Shown here: in pieces, positions 20,853-27,944 of the stretch
How positions within the stretch are numbered: the stretch's first letter is position 1
Layout of the letters: every line of letters starts with the position of its first letter
Source of the DNA: Candidatus Omnitrophota bacterium
GTDB taxonomy: Bacteria > Omnitrophota > Gorgyraeia > 2-01-FULL-45-10
Assembly (NCBI GenBank): GCA_903843285.1
Contig: CAIMPC010000010.1
Location: forward strand, 968-64,967
DNA: 64,000 nt
Reading direction: 5' to 3'
Notes under the pieces: model-generated
What the model was told of the DNA's origin: nothing
Database searches by the model: none
The model's input: only the letters and a program-made list of their open reading frames with translations
Made by a program: the position numbers and the translations under genes

Positions 20853-20853
20853 G

Positions 20854-21435
20854 ATGGCCGATCCGTTAGGTAAAACTATCCGTTTCATGGCACGATATCC
20901 GGGACGTCTCCTGGCAAAATCTAAGATATCTCCAAATCAAATAACGGTTTTCGGTTTGTTAATAAACTGTGCCGTCGCTTATTTTATAGCTTCGGGGCGT
21001 ATTAATTATTTAGCCTCCGGTATGCTCATATGGGCGGCCGGTTTCTTTGATGCGCTGGACGGCAGTGTGGCTCGGATAAACGGGCAGGTTACAGTTTTTG
21101 GCGACTTTCTGGATTCGGTCCTGGATAGATATTCGGACTCGGTCATATATTTAGGCATAATGGTATATTTCTTAAGAGCGGGAAGATCGGATTGTGTAAT
21201 ATTGGCCGTTATCGCGACCATCGGGTCGTTGGCTGTAAGTTACGTCAGGGCTAAGGCAGAGAGCCTGGGCCGGAAGTGCGAAGTGGGACTACTGCCGCGC
21301 ACCGCGCGCATAGTTATACTGGGGCTATCATTCTGCGTATCCCAGCCATTTTGGGGTCTTTTGATAATCGCAGTGCTCTCAAACCTGACGGTTCTGCAGA
21401 GAATCATCTATGTACGAAAAAACATCTCAGAATAA
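20854..21435 (+). CDS. CDP-alcohol phosphatidyltransferase (phosphatidylinositol-phosphate / archaetidylinositol-phosphate synthase-like)
   Basis: The CDP-OH transferase signature DG(x)2AR(x)8G(x)3D(x)3D is present as DALDGSVARINGQVTVFGDFLDSVLDRYSD. Start taken at MADPLG, 1 nt after the MIPS stop; the ORF-track start at 20716 overlaps MIPS. Confidence 0.75.
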   Translation: MADPLGKTIRFMARYPGRLLAKSKISPNQITVFGLLINCAVAYFIASGRINYLASGMLIWAAGFFDALDGSVARINGQVTVFGDFLDSVLDRYSDSVIYLGIMVYFLRAGRSDCVILAVIATIGSLAVSYVRAKAESLGRKCEVGLLPRTARIVILGLSFCVSQPFWGLLIIAVLSNLTVLQRIIYVRKNISE

Positions 21436-21441
21436 ACGACT

Positions 21442-22020
21442 ATGAAACTGATATTCTCCTGTCTTTGGTATCTTCTCCCCGCCGCGCTGGGGAATCACAA
21501 TGCCTCATGCGGTAACCGCCTTTGGATTCCGGGAATATTTAAACGCGCATTAGCTAAGATGGCCGTGCCGATCGATGGCGGCAATAAGTGGCGTGGCAGA
21601 GAGATATTAGGGAAGAATAAGACGTGGAGAGGGCTTTTGGTCGGCAGTATAACCGGAGTTCTGGTCGCTCTCGCTCAGGCGCTCTTATATTTCAATTTTG
21701 ATTTCTTCAGGCAGAATACATTCATCGATTATGGAAAAATAAACTTTGCGGTATTCGGATTTCTGATGGGCGGCGGCGCCCTGGTCGGCGATGTGGTGAA
21801 GAGCCTTATAAAGCGGATGCTCGATAAGCCGTCCGGTAAACCGTGGTTCCCGTGGGACCAGCTCGACTGGATAATGGGCGCTATGATCCTAAGTTCATTG
21901 GTCTACATTCCATCGGCCAAATCGGCCGTGGTCACAGCGATATTATATGTTGGAGTTCACCTTTGTTCCGACAGAGCAGTGGTTAAGATGGGCATCAAGA
22001 CCAGGAAGGAAGTTAATTAA
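21442..22020 (+). CDS. small membrane CTP-transferase-family protein (CDP-archaeol synthase CarS-like / CdsA-like)
   Basis: 192 aa, polytopic, with GKNKTWRG resembling the K(T/S)WEG box of CTP_transf_1/CarS and a C-terminal GDVVKSLIKR segment. Confidence 0.5.
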   Translation: MKLIFSCLWYLLPAALGNHNASCGNRLWIPGIFKRALAKMAVPIDGGNKWRGREILGKNKTWRGLLVGSITGVLVALAQALLYFNFDFFRQNTFIDYGKINFAVFGFLMGGGALVGDVVKSLIKRMLDKPSGKPWFPWDQLDWIMGAMILSSLVYIPSAKSAVVTAILYVGVHLCSDRAVVKMGIKTRKEVN

Positions 22021-22025
22021 GAGAG

Positions 22026-22757
22026 ATGTTTGGACTCCTCCACAGCGTGGTATTCTGGATATTAGCCTTAGTCTATAGCGTCATCATAGGTATGTACTCA
22101 AACGTCGCGGGACTATTTATTAAAGATGCCGGTAAGAAGGAAGCGTTTTACCGCGCCAACGCGAAATTATGGGGGCGCCTTCTGATGAATGCATCGCTTA
22201 TAAAAGTGAATATAGATGGGCTTGAAAATATCCCGCCCGATACAAACGTAATATATACACCTAATCACCAGAGTTACATCGACATATTTATTCTGCTTAA
22301 GTACCTGCCGGGCACCTATAAATTTGTAATAATGAGAAAATTATTTAAGGTCCCTGTGATCGGTAGTCATATAGCGCGCTCAGGATATATATCTTTGGAC
22401 CGGAAAGACAGAAAGAGATCGGTTAAGACGATTCATGCCATTATAGATGATCTTGCCGCCGGTGAGTCGTTCGTAATATTTCCTGAGGGGAAGTTGACGC
22501 CCGATGGTGAGATAGGGCAGTTTAGCCGGGGGGCATCTATAATTATTCAGCGCAGTAGAAAGCCCGTGGTTCCGATAGCGATCGATGGAACATTCGAGGC
22601 CATGCCTAAGGGGGCGTGGCGGATTAAACGAACGGCGGTTAAGGTAAAGATCGGTAGGCCTATCATCTTTGATGAACATTTCGGGGATATGGACAAGGAT
22701 GGTTCTTACAAGCTCGGCCAGCGGCTTCGTGAAATAGTCGTCGATCTCAAAGGGTAG
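22026..22757 (+). CDS. lysophospholipid acyltransferase (PlsC family)
   Basis: HX4D motif NHQSYIDIF and FPEGKLT motif. N-terminal TM segment. Confidence 0.8.
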   Translation: MFGLLHSVVFWILALVYSVIIGMYSNVAGLFIKDAGKKEAFYRANAKLWGRLLMNASLIKVNIDGLENIPPDTNVIYTPNHQSYIDIFILLKYLPGTYKFVIMRKLFKVPVIGSHIARSGYISLDRKDRKRSVKTIHAIIDDLAAGESFVIFPEGKLTPDGEIGQFSRGASIIIQRSRKPVVPIAIDGTFEAMPKGAWRIKRTAVKVKIGRPIIFDEHFGDMDKDGSYKLGQRLREIVVDLKG

Positions 22758-22772
22758 GGATAAAACAGTACC

Positions 22773-23504
22773 ATGTGGAATAGAACAGCCAGGATAATAC
22801 ATTCTACGATATGGTGGGCAAATTGGATATTGATATTGCTATTGGGCCTGATATTTGATTCCGTCATCTGGCCCGGCAATAGAAAGATGTACAGGAAGAG
22901 CGAATATTTCTGGGCCTGGACGCTCATGAAGATAGGCGGCATAAAATTAAAGATAACCGGAGGGCATAATTTACCTGAGAATGAGACGGTTGTCTACATG
23001 GCAAATCACCAAAGCGATCTGGACTGGCCGATTATATTTATGGCGGTTCCGGGATATTACCTGTTTTTGGCTAAGAAGGAGTTATTCGATGTTCCGGTCT
23101 TCGGAACATACATGAAGCTTCAGAATTACATTCCGATTGAGAGGACAAGCCTCAGGAGATCGCTGAGGACTTACGATAAGGTGGCAGATCTTATTAAGAA
23201 GGGCAATTCGATCGTTATCTATCCGGAGGGCACACGTTCCCGGGACAGGGATCTGCAGAAATTTAAATCTTTCAGCTTCTCATTCCTTCAGGAGGCAAGA
23301 GTCAGGGTCGTCCCGATAGCTATTGATGGCAGTATAAATATTCAAAAGAAGGGAAGCGGGCTTATAAGTCCGGGAGAGGTGAGCGTAAATATTTTACCCC
23401 CCATAAGTTTCGATGATATATATGATCTGGAGGCTAAGGATTTCTGCCGGAAGGCATCGGATAGAGTAAGGGAGTCATTGCTTAAAATTTTAAAGAAAAT
23501 ATAG
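22773..23504 (+). CDS. lysophospholipid acyltransferase (PlsC family), second copy
   Basis: NHQSDLDWPII (HX4D) and YPEGTRS. Confidence 0.8.
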   Translation: MWNRTARIIHSTIWWANWILILLLGLIFDSVIWPGNRKMYRKSEYFWAWTLMKIGGIKLKITGGHNLPENETVVYMANHQSDLDWPIIFMAVPGYYLFLAKKELFDVPVFGTYMKLQNYIPIERTSLRRSLRTYDKVADLIKKGNSIVIYPEGTRSRDRDLQKFKSFSFSFLQEARVRVVPIAIDGSINIQKKGSGLISPGEVSVNILPPISFDDIYDLEAKDFCRKASDRVRESLLKILKKI

Positions 23505-23511
23505 GAGAATC

Positions 23512-23922
23512 GTGATAGGAAGATTATTTAAAGAGACCTCCGACACGGTGCATGTGCAGGTCTTCCGTTATATTTTAGCAGGTACTGCGGCATACGCACT
23601 TGACTACAGCGCGCTGGTCGTCTTTACGGAAATAATAGGGTTATATTATCTGACGTCCGCAGCATTGGCATTTCTGTTGGGTGCCATTGCAAGTTACATT
23701 ATGAATGTAACGTGGGTATTTAATGATAGGGCATTTAAGAACAGGCGACTGGAGTTCACCATATTTATATCAATAAGCATAGCGGGGCTATTTTTAAACC
23801 ACTACTGCATCAAATTTTTCACAGAGAGCGTTAATATGCACTACCTGACATCGAAACTCATATCTTCCGTCTTAGTCTCTGCGGTCAATTTTTCCGCGAG
23901 AAAATATATACTGTTCAGGTAA
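23512..23922 (+). CDS. GtrA-family membrane protein (polyisoprenoid-linked sugar translocase-like)
   Basis: 136 aa, four predicted TM helices. N-terminal FRYILAGTAAYALDYSALVVF is typical of GtrA-like proteins. Confidence 0.65.
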   Translation: MIGRLFKETSDTVHVQVFRYILAGTAAYALDYSALVVFTEIIGLYYLTSAALAFLLGAIASYIMNVTWVFNDRAFKNRRLEFTIFISISIAGLFLNHYCIKFFTESVNMHYLTSKLISSVLVSAVNFSARKYILFR

Positions 23923-23941
23923 TGGCTCGTCGCATTTTAGT

Positions 23942-23970
23942 TTGACATACCATAATCGTTCATATAGAAT
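23942..23970 (+). promoter_or_regulatory. sigma70-like promoter TTGACA-17-TAGAAT
   Basis: TTGACA at 23942-23947, a 17-nt spacer, then TAGAAT at 23965-23970. Lies about 50 nt upstream of the 24020 operon, whose first gene has a GGAGG RBS. Confidence 0.45.
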
Positions 23971-24019
23971 AATTTTACTATAATAGTTACATCAAAATAA
24001 AGCGTGCGGAGGTAGTATT

Positions 24020-24400
24020 ATGTCGGGATTTGGTGCTGGAGAACTCATATGGCTGGTAGTGGCGGTCCTTTTGGCGTTGGGAGTGGTTATAACCTGGATA
24101 ATGAAGGCCGAATCGAGCCGTAATGTGTTTCGGGCAGAAGTTAATAGACTTAAATCGCAACTTGATGAGCTTGAACGCGAAAAGATGGCCATGGTGGAAG
24201 AGGTTGAGGCATTTAAAGACTTCATGGATTCGTCTTCGGTTACACCAGGCCAGTCAGGAGCTTCCTCCGGAAATGCGATAGTGGCCAAGATGGCCGAGAA
24301 GGTCGGTGAGCTCGGGAAAGAGAACGAGAGACTTAAGAAGGATCTCAATGAAGCCAGAAGCTCCCTGGAAGAAGTTTATAAAGCGATGTGCAGTAAATAA
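24020..24400 (+). CDS. small TM + coiled-coil protein (126 aa)
   Basis: TM helix LIWLVVAVLLALGVVITWIM, then heptad-rich sequence. First gene of the ParA-associated operon. Confidence 0.5.
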   Translation: MSGFGAGELIWLVVAVLLALGVVITWIMKAESSRNVFRAEVNRLKSQLDELEREKMAMVEEVEAFKDFMDSSSVTPGQSGASSGNAIVAKMAEKVGELGKENERLKKDLNEARSSLEEVYKAMCSK

Positions 24401-24403
24401 TGT

Positions 24404-26623
24404 TTGAGTACTAAGGATAATCGTATGAACGAAATATTCGATAAGATGAAAAAGACGGATGTGGTAGGCGCCTCTGGTACGGTAAAAGAGGGCGTGTGTA
24501 TGGATATAAGCGATATGAAGAGACAGATCCTCGAGAGGCTGAGGGAGAAGAAGGCCTTGGCCTCTGTATCAACCGAAACCCTTAGACCATCAGTGAATAA
24601 AGAGGATCTGCTAAAGGCCGTTAATAAAGGCGAGACATCTACGGTCGTAGTGGAAAAGATCGTGGAAAAAATTGTTGTAAAGCAGGACGAGGAGGTTGTG
24701 AGACAGCGGGATTCGCTTAAGACAGAGCTTGCCGATAAGGAGGCTGTCCTTCAGGATATACGGAAAAAATTTGCCGAGGCTAAACAGACATTGTCGGTCC
24801 AGGAAGGTGTTTTAAGAGCCAGGGATAGCGCCTCTTCCGATGCCCCCAGGATATTGCGCGAACTCGATGCGGCAAGGAAGAAAGCCTCCGATCTTCAGAC
24901 ACGGGCCGAAACTCTCCAGGTTGAGCATAAGAAGATGTCCACCGAACGAGATGAGGCTCTTAAGCAGTTCGAAAAGATGCGCAGAGATTTCGAATCAAAA
25001 GATAGGGCCACACAGGATCTCGATAGACGGCTTAAGGAGGAGCGGGACAGATCCTCTTCGATGAATGAACAGCTTAAGTCCAGGGATAAGGGGATAGCCG
25101 AGGCACAGAAGATAGCCAGAGAGCTCGATGTGGCTAAGAAGGCCACAGAGACAGAGCATGCCAAATACGAGAATCTCACTATTGAACACAGGAAGGCATT
25201 ATCTGACAGAGACGAATCGGCAAAACTTCTTAAAATACTGAGAGCGGAAGATGATAAGAGGGAGAGGTTGATCAGCGACCTGCAGAAGAAGGTTGCCAGG
25301 ACGAGCGAGCTTGAGGCCGCCCTGCGCATAAGGGATACCAGAGCAAGTGAGATCGATAAATTATCTAAAGAGCTGAGCTCTTCCAGGAATTTATGCGAGG
25401 AATACCGCTTGAAGTTCGAGGATGTGCAGGCTGAAATTAAGCGGCTCATCGCAATGCAGGCCGAAGCGGCGGGCCATCACGGCAAGCTTAAAGATGAATT
25501 TGCCGCCAGGGAAGCGTCTTTACGACAGGAGCAGAAAAAGCTTACGATAGAATTGGACGAAGCGATTAAGGATCGCGATAGGGTTACATCTAATGTAGAG
25601 TCGCTCAGATCTAAGCTGTATACTGTGACCAAAGAGACTAAAGAGCAATCTTCCAGGATCACGACCCTGGAAGAGTCATTGAGAGGAAAAGATAAGAAGA
25701 TTCAGGAGCTCGAAAAGCTGAACACCGATATAGCGGCATCGAAGACAGCCGTAGAATCAAAGTTGATTGCAGTCGGGGGCGAGCATAAAGCCCTCAGTGA
25801 AAATCATGCGAGGCTTAACGATGAATTGGCCGGCGCCAGAACTAAGATCGCAGAGATTGATAAATCTCGTAAAGAGATAGAGGTATCCCTCGGCGAAAAA
25901 GATCTTCAGTTGCAAGCGAGCCTGCGTGACAAGAAGGAGCTCGAAGCTAAACTGGGACAGATACGTCTGGAGCTGGAGGCGAAGGCCGGCCGAATGTCCC
26001 AGGCCGATAAGTTATATAAGGAGCTGGAGGCCGCGGCGCAGGACATGACTTCCAAGCTACAGGTAAGTCAGCGGGATGCCAAGGAGCTCGAGGCTTCTAA
26101 GGGTGATCTCACATTACAGCTATCGAATGTTCATCGGGACAAGAGAGACCTGGAGATGCGGATCTCCGAATTAGGAATGGAGATAGAGGCGAAGTCCATA
26201 CGGCTGGAGGATGCGGATAAGCTTTATAAAGAGACAGAGACGCTATTGAGCGACCTTGCGTCTAAACTTCAGGTAAGCCAGCGCAGGACGGAAGCCTTAG
26301 AAAAAGAGGTCTCCGGCCTTACAGAGTCGCTTAAGAGCACAACGCATAAACTGAAAGAGACCGAAGACCTCTCGAAGAGCGAGATTGAAAGGTTAAGTTC
26401 TGAGCTTGCCCTGGCAAAGGGCACCGTGAAGGATAAAGAAAGAAAAGAGCTTGAACTGAGAAACACGGTCGAGCATCTCGAGACCGAGATACAGGTAAGG
26501 GACGAAAAGATCGAAGGAGATATCAGGTATACTGACAAGGTTGTGAAGGAGGTCGGGGAGCTTCGTAAAAAAATGGCATCCCTGGATCGCCATAGCGACA
26601 GGACTAAGAGTGCAGGCGCTTAA
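24404..26623 (+). CDS. long coiled-coil protein (739 aa) with internal ~70-aa sequence repeats
   Basis: Almost entirely E/K/R/L/A heptad-like sequence. Repeated blocks DKLYKELEAAAQDMTSKLQVSQRDAKELEA and DKLYKETETLLSDLASKLQVSQRRTEALE. Its stop overlaps the ParA start. Confidence 0.7.
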   Translation: MSTKDNRMNEIFDKMKKTDVVGASGTVKEGVCMDISDMKRQILERLREKKALASVSTETLRPSVNKEDLLKAVNKGETSTVVVEKIVEKIVVKQDEEVVRQRDSLKTELADKEAVLQDIRKKFAEAKQTLSVQEGVLRARDSASSDAPRILRELDAARKKASDLQTRAETLQVEHKKMSTERDEALKQFEKMRRDFESKDRATQDLDRRLKEERDRSSSMNEQLKSRDKGIAEAQKIARELDVAKKATETEHAKYENLTIEHRKALSDRDESAKLLKILRAEDDKRERLISDLQKKVARTSELEAALRIRDTRASEIDKLSKELSSSRNLCEEYRLKFEDVQAEIKRLIAMQAEAAGHHGKLKDEFAAREASLRQEQKKLTIELDEAIKDRDRVTSNVESLRSKLYTVTKETKEQSSRITTLEESLRGKDKKIQELEKLNTDIAASKTAVESKLIAVGGEHKALSENHARLNDELAGARTKIAEIDKSRKEIEVSLGEKDLQLQASLRDKKELEAKLGQIRLELEAKAGRMSQADKLYKELEAAAQDMTSKLQVSQRDAKELEASKGDLTLQLSNVHRDKRDLEMRISELGMEIEAKSIRLEDADKLYKETETLLSDLASKLQVSQRRTEALEKEVSGLTESLKSTTHKLKETEDLSKSEIERLSSELALAKGTVKDKERKELELRNTVEHLETEIQVRDEKIEGDIRYTDKVVKEVGELRKKMASLDRHSDRTKSAGA

Positions 26624-27446
26624 TGATAGAGTAGAGAAGATGTTCGGATGGCTTAGAACCCAGGGCGCCACCGCCATAAAAGGGAAGACCGCCAGAAAAC
26701 AGCTCTTTCTGAACTATAAGGGCGGAACCGGAAAGACCTCTATATCTGCCGCATATGGATACTATCTGGCAATGACGGGTAAGCGGGTGCTTATGATAGA
26801 TCTGGATGCGCAGGCGCATCTGACCACATGCTTTAATCACGAAACCGTCAGACATGAAAAGAGCCTGTATAGCGTACTGATACGTTCCGCGCGCTTGTCG
26901 GAGGTCATCGTCGGAACGTCTCTTCCCACATTAAAACTGGCCCCATCGTCGATATCTCTCTCAGCCCTCGAGATGCCTTTATTTAAAATGCCATACAGAG
27001 AATTCAGATTGCGCCGCGCCCTGCGAGAGGTCGAGGGAGATTTCGATTTCATAATAATAGATTCGGCTCCAAATATAGGCCTTGTAAGCCTTAATGCGAT
27101 ACTCGCTTCAGACGAGATATTAGTGCCGCTACTGGCGGATTTCCTGTCATTCCACGGGCTTAAGATATTGATGGAGACCATATCGTCGGTCCAATCAGAT
27201 TTCAATTTCTATTTCAAGAAGATCAATATTTTCCTGAACAAGTTTAATCCGGAATACTCTATATGTAGAGAGTGCCTCGAAGCCGTCCGTAAACACTACC
27301 CAAGCTATGCGCTTAAGACCGTAATTAAAGAGTCGCACGAAATAATGGATGCAACCAGCGTGGGTAAATCGATATTTGAGTTCAGCCCTGATTCAAAGGC
27401 CGCGCAGGATATTAAAGACCTGGTGAAGGAAGTCAACGGTATTTGA
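26610..27446 (+). CDS. ParA/MinD-family P-loop ATPase (orphan ParA-like)
   Basis: Deviant Walker A NYKGGTGKTS. Also has LMIDLDAQAHLT, FIIIDSAPNIG and a ParA-like C-terminal helix. Start may be the GTG at 26610 or the ATG at 26640. Confidence 0.8.
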   Translation: MQALNDRVEKMFGWLRTQGATAIKGKTARKQLFLNYKGGTGKTSISAAYGYYLAMTGKRVLMIDLDAQAHLTTCFNHETVRHEKSLYSVLIRSARLSEVIVGTSLPTLKLAPSSISLSALEMPLFKMPYREFRLRRALREVEGDFDFIIIDSAPNIGLVSLNAILASDEILVPLLADFLSFHGLKILMETISSVQSDFNFYFKKINIFLNKFNPEYSICRECLEAVRKHYPSYALKTVIKESHEIMDATSVGKSIFEFSPDSKAAQDIKDLVKEVNGI

Positions 27447-27485
27447 TAAATAAGAAGGCTCATCCCGAGCTTAAGGAGGATTTAC

Positions 27486-27938
27486 ATGAAGACCAAGTTC
27501 GACGAAAATGTAGCGCATGATATACCTGTTACAAAAAATTCATCCGAACCCGAGCTTCCGTGGAAATTATCCGAATCTGAGCTTACAAAGCTAGAGGCCG
27601 CCGAGGAGGGTTTAAAAGATGCGGTATCCGCGCCTCCGCTTCACGTCAGAGCAATATTTGTGGTACTGCTTGTAGCCACTATATTCGTTGTTATATTGAA
27701 TAACATGGTTAATATGGCTATAGACAATAATCGTATGCAGATCGATATATCTAAAAAAGAGAAGCAGGTATCTACGGTTCAGACCCAACTGGCTACCGTT
27801 AAGAATGAAAAAGAGGCCCTGACTGATAATGCCTCGAAGATGGAGAAGCGCATAAATGACCTGAGCGCCCAGAAAGAGCTCTACAGCGCTGTCATTGAGA
27901 CGCTGACGAAGAAGACGGACGACGCCCCGGGTAGTTAA
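27486..27938 (+). CDS. small TM + coiled-coil protein (150 aa)
   Basis: Single TM helix AIFVVLLVATIFVVIL followed by a coiled-coil (FtsB/FtsL-like architecture). AGGAGG RBS. Confidence 0.5.
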   Translation: MKTKFDENVAHDIPVTKNSSEPELPWKLSESELTKLEAAEEGLKDAVSAPPLHVRAIFVVLLVATIFVVILNNMVNMAIDNNRMQIDISKKEKQVSTVQTQLATVKNEKEALTDNASKMEKRINDLSAQKELYSAVIETLTKKTDDAPGS

Positions 27939-27944
27939 AGAGAG

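Noticed and set aside
20716-20853. ORF-track N-terminal extension of the CDP-alcohol phosphatidyltransferase overlapping the MIPS tail
   Set aside because: It is in a different frame overlapping 137 nt of ino1. The conserved membrane protein begins at MADPLG (20854), 1 nt after the ino1 stop.
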